Shown piece by piece: positions 10,266 to 20,585 of a stretch of 64,000 bases of DNA. Position 1 is the first letter of the stretch; every line of letters starts with the position of its first letter. The notes beneath the pieces were generated by a model. The model did not search any database, was not told the origin of the DNA, and saw only the letters and a list, made by a program, of their open reading frames with translations. The translations under genes were made by a program, and so were the position numbers. This DNA comes from Candidatus Woesebacteria bacterium (GTDB lineage Bacteria; Patescibacteriota; Microgenomatia; UBA8517). The stretch is from positions 996,145 to 1,060,144 of the forward strand of contig CP065002.1 in the NCBI GenBank assembly GCA_016700095.1. Direction: 5' to 3'.

Positions 10266-11171
10266 TTATTTTACAATTTGTCTTAGATAGGCAAGTGACC
10301 CATGAAGGCCACCAAAATCGCCCAATTGTGCTTTCACGATAATCGGATGCTCAGGATAAATTTTTAGTATGTTTTTAAGTTCTTCTTTAACTTTGTCAAC
10401 TGAAATGCCTGGAGTTTTCATCATTCCTCCACCCAACACAACGATATCAGGAGTCCAATGAACGATAGTGTTGTTTAGTCCATAAGCGGTGAGTCGTGCA
10501 ATTTCGTCCCAAATTTTTTGATCCGTGATTTCTTTGGGAGATTTACCAAATCGCTGTTGAACCGCGGTCCCCGATATTAAACTCTCCCAAGAGCCGGATC
10601 CGTCGACACTTGAGTTACAACCACAGTCCGGACAAAGTGTCGCATCGGCATCAATTATCTGATGCCCTGGCTCGAAGTTATACGTGCTTTCATCGATTTT
10701 TCCATTTACAATTCTTGCTCCGCCAACTCCGGTACTGATAGTGATATAAGCAACAATTTCATATCCCCTCCCTGCTCCAGCATGAGCTTCACCCAACGCA
10801 ACCATTGTCGTATCGTTTTGAAAATACACTCTGGAACCTACTATCTGCGTCAGAGTTTCATGTATCGGTTTACCCGCCCACCCGCTCAAATGAGGTGATG
10901 TTAATAAATTTATCCTACTTTTATCAAATGCTCCAGCAATCCCTCCTGCCGCCAATTTAATCGTGTCTTCACTCTTACAACCATTTATCGCATCCGCAAA
11001 GACGCGCATACCTTCTTCGAAATTTTCCGGAGTATCGACAATTATCGGCTCATCAAAAGCGATACAATCGTCTGATTTTGCAACACGCATTTTTGTACCA
11101 CCGATATCAAAAACAATATACATATTATTTATTGAGAGAATAGCAGGCTTTGCAGATACCAATTTCCTCAA
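10266..11171 (-). CDS. ROK family sugar kinase (glucokinase-like)
   Basis: N-terminal DIGGTK ATP-binding motif and a ROK Zn motif (CPDCGCNSS). The likely true start is Met17 (around 11123), which removes the overlap with the GH15 stop. Confidence 0.7.
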   Translation of the reverse strand: MRKLVSAKPAILSINNMYIVFDIGGTKMRVAKSDDCIAFDEPIIVDTPENFEEGMRVFADAINGCKSEDTIKLAAGGIAGAFDKSRINLLTSPHLSGWAGKPIHETLTQIVGSRVYFQNDTTMVALGEAHAGAGRGYEIVAYITISTGVGGARIVNGKIDESTYNFEPGHQIIDADATLCPDCGCNSSVDGSGSWESLISGTAVQQRFGKSPKEITDQKIWDEIARLTAYGLNNTIVHWTPDIVVLGGGMMKTPGISVDKVKEELKNILKIYPEHPIIVKAQLGDFGGLHGSLAYLRQIVK

Positions 11172-13140
11172 TCTTCTCCAGGTATTTAATAACGGTTATA
11201 ACGTATTCGGCATGACTCCACGTCAGGGGAGTGGCAGAAAGCGGCACTCCGGTATATGGGTCAAATTGCTCCGGCATTACTCCTGATGGAAGGGATCTGT
11301 CGACAAACCACGAGAATTTATTTACGATATCAGGCAAATCTTCTTCTTTGGTTACAAAATCGATTAAGTATTGTAAATGCCACAGCGAAGTAATAAGCCA
11401 AGGATTACCCGGAATATCCCCACCGGTTCTGTGATACCAATCACCCTCGTAGCGGGCAATACCCCCCAAATCAGTTCGGACGCGTAGCCTTTCAAGTGTA
11501 ACTTCAAACGCTTTTTTAAGTCGTTCGTCGCTACATTCTAATACTTTAAATTTATAAACACCCGCAACACTGGACATATCAACGGTTTCGTCGGGTATCA
11601 TGTCATTTCCTTTTATTTCCAACTGACGGTAAAAAACGTTATTTTTCTTGTCAAATAAATATGTAAGTATTCCTTTCTGGACGTTGTCCGCAGCCCTTTT
11701 ATACCGCTGGGCACTTTGTTCTTTACCAAGAAGTTTGGCGAAATTAGCAGCAACAATTAATGCACCATATACGCTTGATGCCGTGAATGTACTCACTCCA
11801 TATTTTTCCTCCCAAAGGTCGTAACTTGGCTTTGGAAGTCCGGTTTTTTTATCCCGATAATTGACCATAAACTCAGCTGCGTTTTTAATGAGACTGTTGT
11901 ATATACTTTCAATAAACTCGAGGTCTTTCGAAAGCTCATAATGCGACCAGAGCGCGTAAATAACAAGGGCAGTCTCGTCTTCTTGGATAGGAATCTGTTT
12001 TTTCCCATTTCTAATCCACGGATGCCAAGAACTTCCAAGTGAATAATCGGGTAAATATTTGTGCATAAAATAACCTTCTGGAGTTATAACTTTGTTACAG
12101 AAATCATAAAAACGCATCGCCGCATTGAAATCACCTGCTTTATCCAAAGCCAAAGCGCAAAAGGCGGCATCTCTCGGCCAAACGTAACTGTAAGTGTCGC
12201 GGCCATGTTTCAATAAATCCGAATCACTTGAAGCAATAATCGCCCCGTTTCGTGCAACATGACTCCTGATCTGAACTAAAGACGTGTTAAAAAGATCGAT
12301 TACCTTGTCGCTTAAACCATAAAAACTGAAATTCTGATTATGTACCCAAGCTTTCCAGTAATCTTTGGTCGATTTAACCAAAGCATCGGGTCCGCGGTTA
12401 ATAACATAATCATTTAGTTGTTGGGCTTTTATAATAGATTTGGCAACACAAATCCAATAATACAATTTACCTTCACTTTTTGGCGCAATTGCCAAATCAA
12501 TCCGCAATACAGAATCTACTTGCCCGTGCTCGATTGGATTATTGACTAGCTCTCCGTCTTCCGCGTCCTTGTAAGTTCCCTCCTTTCCTTCCAGTCCTAA
12601 TATTCCGGTCGAATATTGTGAAAAAGAATTGTTGGTTTTTGCATTTCTTATAGGATTCTTTACATCAATAATTGCATTAATGAGAAATACTCTTCTTCCT
12701 TTATAATGCACAAGTGTGTGATTTCCCGGGTCAAAATATGCAGTATCTCCCGAACCGGTTTTTATCCGACAAAACTGCTGATTAAAAAATATTCTGATAT
12801 TCCGGTTTCTGTCAAATTTATTTCTAACATGCACTTCGCGGATGAATACATTTTTTTCATTATAAACAACATCGGAAAATAAAAGTTCGAGTCCCAGATT
12901 TGCTGAAGATGCGATAATTTTGCTCGCCATCGTCCCCCGCTCACTATCAATTTCGATTTTCCAACTGCCGTCATCCAACCATGTAAATTGCTCTTCGCAC
13001 CACACTCCGATTTTATGAATTAAACCTTCACTTACATGATTTTCCAAACCGGGATAATGATAGTAAAAATCTTTAACAAGCGCATTTTGGTCAAGACCAA
13101 CCAATATTGATCCGTTTCCGAGAGTTAAGTATTTGGGCAT
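11125..13140 (-). CDS. Glycoside hydrolase family 15 (glucoamylase/glucodextranase-like)
   Basis: 671 aa. An (alpha/alpha)6 GH15 signature including SYVWPRDAAF. Confidence 0.7.
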   Translation of the reverse strand: MPKYLTLGNGSILVGLDQNALVKDFYYHYPGLENHVSEGLIHKIGVWCEEQFTWLDDGSWKIEIDSERGTMASKIIASSANLGLELLFSDVVYNEKNVFIREVHVRNKFDRNRNIRIFFNQQFCRIKTGSGDTAYFDPGNHTLVHYKGRRVFLINAIIDVKNPIRNAKTNNSFSQYSTGILGLEGKEGTYKDAEDGELVNNPIEHGQVDSVLRIDLAIAPKSEGKLYYWICVAKSIIKAQQLNDYVINRGPDALVKSTKDYWKAWVHNQNFSFYGLSDKVIDLFNTSLVQIRSHVARNGAIIASSDSDLLKHGRDTYSYVWPRDAAFCALALDKAGDFNAAMRFYDFCNKVITPEGYFMHKYLPDYSLGSSWHPWIRNGKKQIPIQEDETALVIYALWSHYELSKDLEFIESIYNSLIKNAAEFMVNYRDKKTGLPKPSYDLWEEKYGVSTFTASSVYGALIVAANFAKLLGKEQSAQRYKRAADNVQKGILTYLFDKKNNVFYRQLEIKGNDMIPDETVDMSSVAGVYKFKVLECSDERLKKAFEVTLERLRVRTDLGGIARYEGDWYHRTGGDIPGNPWLITSLWHLQYLIDFVTKEEDLPDIVNKFSWFVDRSLPSGVMPEQFDPYTGVPLSATPLTWSHAEYVITVIKYLEKIEEIGICKACYSLNK

Positions 13141-13149
13141 GGTTATAAA

Positions 13150-14361
13150 TTAATCTTTGTTTTTCGAATTATCTTTTAATCTAAATTCTAAATCTTTAGT
13201 CGCATTCATAAAACTAATAAATGCATCATATGGCGATTCATACGGGCTAAAGTATTTATGCACATCTCCATCAGCAAACCACTTGGTGCACATATAATAA
13301 AAGTGATCTGATGTTTGTAATTTTCGCCAGTCGTTTATTATTTTTTTATCGTTGGATGCCAATACTTTATCTTCGAGGCTATAAATATAATTAAGCGCAG
13401 ATAATTGAATCGAATTGCCTGTCCAAGCCGATAAATCGCGCTCAGTATCTGCCCACGTCACGACACCCGGGACATCCACGACTCCTCGTGCCGGATATCT
13501 TTTTGCCGCCTCCGAAGGTGTAATAAAATCATTATCCGGATGCTTGAGTATTTCTTCGGGCATTTTCATCATAAAATCAAAAATACCGGTGTCTTCCCAT
13601 TGATGTTCACCAAACGTTTCGTAATCCATAAAAAGATTAACCACTTCACCGTTTCCATTTATATTTGATACCCACTGAGCAAATTTCTCCGCTGTCAGTG
13701 GCCATTCTTTCCAGGATTTTTCTGAAAATCTAAAGGCGATGTCATCTGACAGTTTATAATTTTTTAAAAGTAACTTAATGTTTTCTGTCCCACTCGGACT
13801 GTATACGTAATTTGGACTTCTCCATCCCAGAACTGCATCCCATCCTTCTGCAAGGATTGCTTTGTAACCTGCTTTTTCCGCCCATTGGGCAAGGCTGTTG
13901 GTATATGCAAGCTCAGTATTTCTAAAAACTTTGGGTGTTACGCCGAAAAGCTTTTTAATGGTTTTTGTATGTAATTTAACTTGACTTTCAAATTCATCCA
14001 TTGAATAAAAATAAGCAAGTGAGTGATAATATGTTTCCGACAAAATCTCCACCTTTCCCGTGTCGATTAACTCTCTGAATGACTTAAGAACCGAAGGGTC
14101 GTATTCCAAAAGTTGTTCCAAAAAAATTCCGGTAAATGAAAAACTCAATTTAAATTTTGGATATTTTTTTAACAGTTTGAGAAATACTTTGTTTGTGGGG
14201 ATATACGATTTTCGAGCAACCTTTTCAATTATTTTCTTATTATTTAGATCGGATTCTGACGCGTCATTAAAATACTCATGGTCATAACCCACGTCAAATA
14301 TTCGATACTTTTTAATCCTTCTTGGCTGATGAACATGTAAATATAAACAGATTGACGACAT
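13150..14361 (-). CDS. Glycoside hydrolase family 57 (alpha-amylase / branching-enzyme type)
   Basis: Begins with the GH57 hallmark LHVHQP, within a conserved GH57 N-terminal region. Confidence 0.7.
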   Translation of the reverse strand: MSSICLYLHVHQPRRIKKYRIFDVGYDHEYFNDASESDLNNKKIIEKVARKSYIPTNKVFLKLLKKYPKFKLSFSFTGIFLEQLLEYDPSVLKSFRELIDTGKVEILSETYYHSLAYFYSMDEFESQVKLHTKTIKKLFGVTPKVFRNTELAYTNSLAQWAEKAGYKAILAEGWDAVLGWRSPNYVYSPSGTENIKLLLKNYKLSDDIAFRFSEKSWKEWPLTAEKFAQWVSNINGNGEVVNLFMDYETFGEHQWEDTGIFDFMMKMPEEILKHPDNDFITPSEAAKRYPARGVVDVPGVVTWADTERDLSAWTGNSIQLSALNYIYSLEDKVLASNDKKIINDWRKLQTSDHFYYMCTKWFADGDVHKYFSPYESPYDAFISFMNATKDLEFRLKDNSKNKD

Positions 14362-14364
14362 TTT

Positions 14365-15558
14365 TTATTCAAAGATGTGGTAAACATCCAAGCATTTGTT
14401 GGCAGCGCTATCCCAGGTGAGATTTCTCAGTTCTTTTGTACTTTCACACAATAAATCTTTTCTCAGTGAGGAATAGCTAATCGCCGCGAGGATTTTGTTT
14501 GCCATTTCATCCGTATCCCAGAAATCTACTTTCAGAGCGTGACTAATCACTTCAGAAACTCCGGATTGCTTGGAAATTATCACCGGCGTACCGTTGGCAA
14601 TCGCTTCAAGAGTGGTAAGCCCAAACGGTTCGGAAACACTTGAGAGTACAAAAATATCTGCCGACTGATACATCTGGTCTTTTTCTTCACCTCGAAGAAA
14701 TCCAGTAAACATAACATTTTTAATTATTCCCAGGTTAACGGCTTCACTCATCATTTGGCCTTGCATGTCACCCGATCCTGCAACGACAAAAATTACTTTT
14801 TTATCATACTTTAATACCTTTGCGGCTGCTTGGATAAAATATTCCGGGCCCTTCATTAGAGATATTCTTCCCAGAAATAATACTATTTTGTAGCCATATT
14901 TTTTCATATCTCCCAATACCGACGGCATTTTCTTTTTCGTAACCTCATTCACACCATTGTGAATAACTTTAACTTTCTTGGGGTCTACGTTGTACTTTTC
15001 GACCAGAATGTTTTTAGTGAAGTTGCTGACTGTAACTACACAATCGGCTTGCTCGACACCCTCTTTCTCAATAGCGTAAACTGCCGGATTCAGACCAGTT
15101 CCACCTGTCCGGTCGTATTCGGTAGCATGTATGTGTAAAACCAGAGGAATTCCAAGAATTTTTTTAGCTTCGATCGCTGCAGGTGTTGTCAACCAATCGT
15201 GAGCATGAATCACATCGAATTCTCCACTCTTTGTTAATTCAGTTATTAATTCTTTCATTTTATCGGCATATTTCAGCACATTGTCAACGTAATCATGTGG
15301 TGTAAAGTTTAGCTTGCGACCTTGGTATGTCCTATATGAGAGAAGTGTTGTATATGGATTAAGCATTTCTTCACCAAGCGGCATTACGTCCGCAAATACC
15401 AATTTCATAAAATTAGCAATTACATCCACCTTCTTGGGTAAGACAAATGTTATATCGACTCCCTTTTCGGCTAGTGATTTGGCAAGACCAAAACACGCCT
15501 TGCCCAATCCACCACTATTGTGAGGGGGCAACTCCCAACCTATCATTAATACTCGCAT
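14365..15558 (-). CDS. Retaining GT-B glycosyltransferase (GT4/GT5), glycogen/alpha-glucan synthase-like
   Basis: N-terminal MIGWELPPHNSGGLGKA (GT4/GT5 donor-binding region). It is the first gene of the GT-GH57-GH15-ROK operon. Confidence 0.6.
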   Translation of the reverse strand: MRVLMIGWELPPHNSGGLGKACFGLAKSLAEKGVDITFVLPKKVDVIANFMKLVFADVMPLGEEMLNPYTTLLSYRTYQGRKLNFTPHDYVDNVLKYADKMKELITELTKSGEFDVIHAHDWLTTPAAIEAKKILGIPLVLHIHATEYDRTGGTGLNPAVYAIEKEGVEQADCVVTVSNFTKNILVEKYNVDPKKVKVIHNGVNEVTKKKMPSVLGDMKKYGYKIVLFLGRISLMKGPEYFIQAAAKVLKYDKKVIFVVAGSGDMQGQMMSEAVNLGIIKNVMFTGFLRGEEKDQMYQSADIFVLSSVSEPFGLTTLEAIANGTPVIISKQSGVSEVISHALKVDFWDTDEMANKILAAISYSSLRKDLLCESTKELRNLTWDSAANKCLDVYHIFE

Positions 15559-15731
15559 AATATTTTACTCAATACTTCCATTCACGTATGTGTAGGTTAA
15601 ATGATACGACAACAAAGAAGCTGTTTATTGCTCCTTATTCCAGACTATACTTTTTTGAGGGTCTTGGCAACTGATATTATCGACAAGTGCTATGTTGATA
15701 ACACTAAATTAAGAGACTATATATAAGTAAA

Positions 15732-16838
15732 TCAATTCGAATCATTTTCTGGTAAAAGAATTTGCGGAACCGGTATTTGTACTGGCACACCGTAGTCCGA
15801 TAGACCAATTTCGACCTGAATCTCGGAAATTAAATCGGAGTTTTTTACCGGATCGGACACTATATCAAAACTAATCATATATAGAAAGCCATCTTCACCT
15901 ATCCAAGCTTTTCCGTTTCTAATACTGTAACTATCAGTTTGGTAAATTTCTCCAAATATTTCACCGACCAAATTCCTTGCAAGTGGAAATTGTCTGATCA
16001 AATCCGCAACATCACGCATAGTGGTATCAAAAACAAAATAGTTGACGTTTTTCCCGTCAAGAACTTCTTTACGAATTCTTTTTACTTTAACTTCTATATT
16101 TTGTGATTGATCTTCAATTTGAAACGGATTCGAGTTATCAAGATCATTATTTATTAACCAGTTATTGCTCTCATTTTCATCAAAAAAAACTCCTGTTGCT
16201 TCTGGCCAATCAAAGCGATAATAAATTTTATCCTGAACTATTACTGCTTGACCTTTTAACTTGGATGAAGTCACGAGTGGACTTGATAGCTTCAAGTCAA
16301 TATCTGAGGAGATCATCTTTGTTGCTTTGTCGATTTGACCTGTCATTTCAAGAAAATAACTTTGAGTATTATTCGCCAAGTCTACCAAAGCATGTGTAAA
16401 CGACCCAACCGATTCCAGATCATCTTTCCCTATGCTCTTGTCGGTAAATGTTGCATTAACGCGAATCTGATAACTTAATGATGCTGTTTCGGTAATATTT
16501 TTTGAAGCAACATAAAACGCATCCTGAGGATTAGTTATAAAGTTCTCTCGCGCATATCTAATATAAAATACGGACGTCACGAGGAAAAATAATGATCCAA
16601 AGACAAAATAGTAAATTAGCATTTTTGATGCCGATACTTTTTTGCGGGTATACTGTTCTTTCACACTTTCAAACGTATCGGACACGGTCATGAAGTATTT
16701 AGAGTAGATATTATTGAAAGCTTGTTCAACATCTTCGTTTTTCCAACCTGCATTTTTAAGTTTAAGCCTTAATTCGGCAGGAGACGTGTCTTTTGCCATT
16801 TGCTTTCTGATATATACAAGAAGTTCTTTGGTAACCAT
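15732..16838 (-). CDS. Hypothetical bitopic membrane protein immediately downstream of the Clp-like ATPase
   Basis: About 70-aa cytoplasmic N-terminus, one TM helix (LIYYFVFGSLFFLVTSVFYI), and about 270-aa extracytoplasmic domain. Start is 3 nt after the stop of 16841..19324. Confidence 0.4.
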   Translation of the reverse strand: MVTKELLVYIRKQMAKDTSPAELRLKLKNAGWKNEDVEQAFNNIYSKYFMTVSDTFESVKEQYTRKKVSASKMLIYYFVFGSLFFLVTSVFYIRYARENFITNPQDAFYVASKNITETASLSYQIRVNATFTDKSIGKDDLESVGSFTHALVDLANNTQSYFLEMTGQIDKATKMISSDIDLKLSSPLVTSSKLKGQAVIVQDKIYYRFDWPEATGVFFDENESNNWLINNDLDNSNPFQIEDQSQNIEVKVKRIRKEVLDGKNVNYFVFDTTMRDVADLIRQFPLARNLVGEIFGEIYQTDSYSIRNGKAWIGEDGFLYMISFDIVSDPVKNSDLISEIQVEIGLSDYGVPVQIPVPQILLPENDSN

Positions 16839-16840
16839 TG

Positions 16841-19324
16841 TTATTTATTATACTTTCCGAGATTTTCTAAGCTAAATTCTTCCTTGCCACTTCCGGGTAA
16901 TACCCTAATGACATCTCCGCTAACAATTTCCCCTTTTAGAATTGCTCTTCCGAATAAATCTCCCAACGTCAAATTGACGATTCTCGACATAGGCCTTGCA
17001 CCAAAAGCCGGATCAAATCCATCATGAGCAATTTTTTCAAGCAAGCTGTCTGTTATTTCCAGGTAGATATTATGTTCTAGCAGATTTTTTGAGAATTTCG
17101 TCACGAGCATTTTGGCAATTTTCAACAGGTATTCTTCCTTCAACGGTTCATAAACGACCACGCCATCAAAACGATTTAGTAATTCAGGTGAAAATATTCG
17201 TTCTTTTAAGACATAATCAATAACAGAAGTTTGCAGATCTTCACCCTTTATTCCTTGAGCTACCAGTTCACGGATATATTCGGCTCCTGCATTTGAAGTT
17301 CCAATTAAAAATAAATTTCTTCCAATAACAAGTTTCCCAAAGGCATCAGTCATTTGCCCTTCGTCAAGCAAGCGTAAAAACAGATTAAAAATATCATTGC
17401 TTGATTTTTCGAACTCATCAAGAAGCAGTAAACTTGCAGGTCTATTTTTTATGGCGGTAGTCAAAGTTCCGGGTTGATTTCTGTCCACAGAGCCAACCAA
17501 CCTTTCAAAACCTTCTTTGCCGGCATAATCAGCCATGTCAAAACGTAGAATTTTATCTTCCCCGCCGAAATAAACTCGTGACAAAACTTTAGCTGTTTCT
17601 GTTTTTCCTACACCGGTTGGACCAAGAAAAAGAAATGAACCGATTGGTCGTCGGGAGTCTTTGGAAATCGTCCGTGCACGGAGACTTTTTGCAATTAAAT
17701 TAACAGCCATTTCTTGGTTAATAAGTCCCTCGTGGATTATCTCTTCAAGCGAACCCAGTTGTTTTTTCTCGTCGTCAGTTAAACGCGTAAATGATATGCC
17801 GGTTTTTTCTGCCATGACCTTATCGACATCGCCAACAAGAACCGTCTTTTTCCTTTCTATTTGTTCAACATACAAAACAACCGCCTCTAATAGCTCAAGT
17901 GCTTTTTCCGGAAATGGCGTTTCTGTCAGATAATTATCGGATTCGTCCATTATCTTTCTGATTGCCGGAATTGTGATTACCATATTTTTTCTTTTTTCAA
18001 GTTGCACGGCAACATCCAGTGTAATTAAGGTTGCCTCCTCTTTGGTCGGTTCTTTAATTTCAATTGTTTCGAGATACTTTTTGAGTCTGTTATTTCGGAC
18101 TATATATTTCTCGTATTCATCCGGAGTTGTAATTACAATTAACTGCAAATTCTTTTTTTCAAGTAACATTTCAAAAACATCCGTAAAATCAACACCTTCC
18201 GCATCTTTATTTATCAGACGGTGGAAATCTCGAAACATGAGAATAATGTTTCCTGCGTAAGCAACTTCTTTAAGAACCAGAGTTAAGAGAGCTTTCTTGA
18301 AATTAATGTCGGCAGATTCGGACAGTAATGTATTCAAATCAAACCCAAGTATTCTTCGATATGCCATTTTTTGACCCAACTGACCAATTGAAGCTCGTCG
18401 TGCAAATTCCAATACTACCGTCTTTTTTCCGACACCTGGTTGCCCAACCAATACCACACCCGATCCCCCATTTAAAGACCGTTCCATGCGAGAAACTTCC
18501 TGCTCTCTTCCGACCAACCTATAGGAAAAAGATCGGTTTATACCTAAATCTTCAACGTATTTGTTTAAATTCGGAGTATACCCAAACATGGTTTCAAGCC
18601 CCACACTTGCTCTCCCCTCGGTTTGCGAGATAACTACACTTTCATCTTCCCTCATTTTATCCCACAGCGAAGCCGCTAAACACAGATCCTTATCAGTAAA
18701 ACCAAATTCTCTAAAGAATTGATCCGACCATAGTTTTTCGTCAACCAATCGCCTGATAATTTGTTCGAAGTTTGGTACAACCAAATCGCCAAATGCAATT
18801 TCTTTTCGGACTGCATTTTCTAGAATTGTTTTTACATCAACACCAATGTGCTCCAAAACAAATTCACCCGCTTTGCTAACAAATATCGCCTCAATCGGAT
18901 CACTTTGCGAATTTTGTATTTGATTAAGCAAAGCTTGCGCATAACGCACCGGATCTTTTGACCAACGAACGTATATCGGAACACTTAAAAACGGAAGTAC
19001 AAACCAGGCAAAAAGACCAAAGATACCTCCCAAAAAAGTAAGAAAGATAAGAACCAATCCTGCCAAAAACAACGAGATCCTCACAATCGCTCCGATAATC
19101 CTGGAAATTAGATTGAAACTAATTTTTTCAAAAATCTTTTGAAGATCAAAACCGGGAGATTCCTCTAAATCAATCAGTCTTTTCCAGGGAGAAAATGCCG
19201 TACGGATTAAAAATGGAAGCGAAAAATATTGGATGATCGAATCGAAAGAATTAAACCAATTTGTAACATAAATCTCCAACCCCTTTGTGTAATGCCATGG
19301 CAAAAATATCAGAATTTTATCCAT
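16841..19324 (-). CDS. Membrane-anchored double-AAA+ ClpA/ClpB-family ATPase (copy 1)
   Basis: N-terminal ~130 aa with the motif AFSPWKRL and 2 TM helices. AAA-1 Walker A is GQPGVGKKT, AAA-2 Walker A is GPTGVGKTE. A ClpB D2-small-like C-terminus. No Clp N-domain. Confidence 0.7.
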   Translation of the reverse strand: MDKILIFLPWHYTKGLEIYVTNWFNSFDSIIQYFSLPFLIRTAFSPWKRLIDLEESPGFDLQKIFEKISFNLISRIIGAIVRISLFLAGLVLIFLTFLGGIFGLFAWFVLPFLSVPIYVRWSKDPVRYAQALLNQIQNSQSDPIEAIFVSKAGEFVLEHIGVDVKTILENAVRKEIAFGDLVVPNFEQIIRRLVDEKLWSDQFFREFGFTDKDLCLAASLWDKMREDESVVISQTEGRASVGLETMFGYTPNLNKYVEDLGINRSFSYRLVGREQEVSRMERSLNGGSGVVLVGQPGVGKKTVVLEFARRASIGQLGQKMAYRRILGFDLNTLLSESADINFKKALLTLVLKEVAYAGNIILMFRDFHRLINKDAEGVDFTDVFEMLLEKKNLQLIVITTPDEYEKYIVRNNRLKKYLETIEIKEPTKEEATLITLDVAVQLEKRKNMVITIPAIRKIMDESDNYLTETPFPEKALELLEAVVLYVEQIERKKTVLVGDVDKVMAEKTGISFTRLTDDEKKQLGSLEEIIHEGLINQEMAVNLIAKSLRARTISKDSRRPIGSFLFLGPTGVGKTETAKVLSRVYFGGEDKILRFDMADYAGKEGFERLVGSVDRNQPGTLTTAIKNRPASLLLLDEFEKSSNDIFNLFLRLLDEGQMTDAFGKLVIGRNLFLIGTSNAGAEYIRELVAQGIKGEDLQTSVIDYVLKERIFSPELLNRFDGVVVYEPLKEEYLLKIAKMLVTKFSKNLLEHNIYLEITDSLLEKIAHDGFDPAFGARPMSRIVNLTLGDLFGRAILKGEIVSGDVIRVLPGSGKEEFSLENLGKYNK

Positions 19325-19408
19325 ACTTTATGTTATCACAAACACATCATAAGGTACGTGTGTTAAACACGCTTGCATTGAGGTGTACAATATACATATT
19401 CGTAAATT

Positions 19409-20584
19409 ATGAACAAACTAATTTGGATCGACAAAGAAATCGCACGACTTCAAAAAGAAGGTTTAATTACAAAAATTAGAACAATCGAAAGTCCGATCGG
19501 TGGCCACATTCGGATAAACGGCAAAAACCTAATTAATTTTTGCTCAAATAATTATTTAGGTTTAGCAAATAATCCGCGAATAAAAAAAGCGGCAATTAAT
19601 TCAATAAAAAAATACGGAGTTGGTCCGGGAGCCGTCAGAACGATAGCGGGTACAATGTCGCTTCATGATCAACTGGAAAACGCCTTGGCAAAATTTAAAA
19701 AATGTGAAGCGGTTATCGTATTTCAATCAGGGTTTACTGCAAATCTCGCTACCATACCTGCACTTGTTGGCAAAGAAGACACAATATTTTCCGATGAATT
19801 AAATCATGCGAGCATAATTGACGGGTGCCGGTTGAGTGGAGCACAAGTGACTAGATATGCACATAACGATCCGAAAGATTTAGAGGCAAAACTTAAAACA
19901 TGCAAATCCGACAAACGCTTAGTAATAACCGATGGCGTTTTCTCGATGAACGGAGATATCGCACCACTTGATAAATTGCAAAAAATAGCCAATAAATATA
20001 AGGCTTTGATTATGGTTGATGATGCTCACGGCGAAGGTGTACTTGGGAAAAACGGACGTGGTATTGTTGATCATTTTAAATTACATGGAAAAGTTGATGT
20101 CGAAGTTGGAACAATGAGCAAAGCTTTCGGCGTTGTTGGTGGATATGTAGCGGGAAGTAAATCGCTAATTGCATGGTTAAAGCAAAGAGGTAGACCATTC
20201 TTGTTCTCATCGGCATTAACCGTCCCCGATACGGCGGCAAGTATTGAAGCCGTAAAGATACTTCAGAAATCGGATAAGTTGGTAAGTAAACTTTGGAAAA
20301 ATACCAAGTATATGAAAGAGGGCATGGTTAAATTGGGTTTTGATATTGGCAAATCCGAAACACCGATAATTCCCGTTATGCTGGGTGAAGCTAAGGTTGC
20401 ACAAGAATTTAGTAAATTATTGTTTGAAGCTGGTATTTTTGCAATGGCCATTGGTTATCCGACAGTACCTCAGGGCATGGCAAGAATCAGAGTCATGAAT
20501 TCAGCAACACATACCATAGACGATTTAAATAAAGCTTTGCATGCTTTTGACGAAGTCGGCCATAAACTAAAAGTAATTTCATAA
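19409..20584 (+). CDS. kbl: 2-amino-3-ketobutyrate CoA ligase (glycine C-acetyltransferase)
   Basis: PLP-dependent alpha-oxoamine synthase fold, with the Lys-containing MSKAFG region. Followed 1 nt later by the tdh-like gene. Confidence 0.7.
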   Translation: MNKLIWIDKEIARLQKEGLITKIRTIESPIGGHIRINGKNLINFCSNNYLGLANNPRIKKAAINSIKKYGVGPGAVRTIAGTMSLHDQLENALAKFKKCEAVIVFQSGFTANLATIPALVGKEDTIFSDELNHASIIDGCRLSGAQVTRYAHNDPKDLEAKLKTCKSDKRLVITDGVFSMNGDIAPLDKLQKIANKYKALIMVDDAHGEGVLGKNGRGIVDHFKLHGKVDVEVGTMSKAFGVVGGYVAGSKSLIAWLKQRGRPFLFSSALTVPDTAASIEAVKILQKSDKLVSKLWKNTKYMKEGMVKLGFDIGKSETPIIPVMLGEAKVAQEFSKLLFEAGIFAMAIGYPTVPQGMARIRVMNSATHTIDDLNKALHAFDEVGHKLKVIS

Positions 20585-20585
20585 G

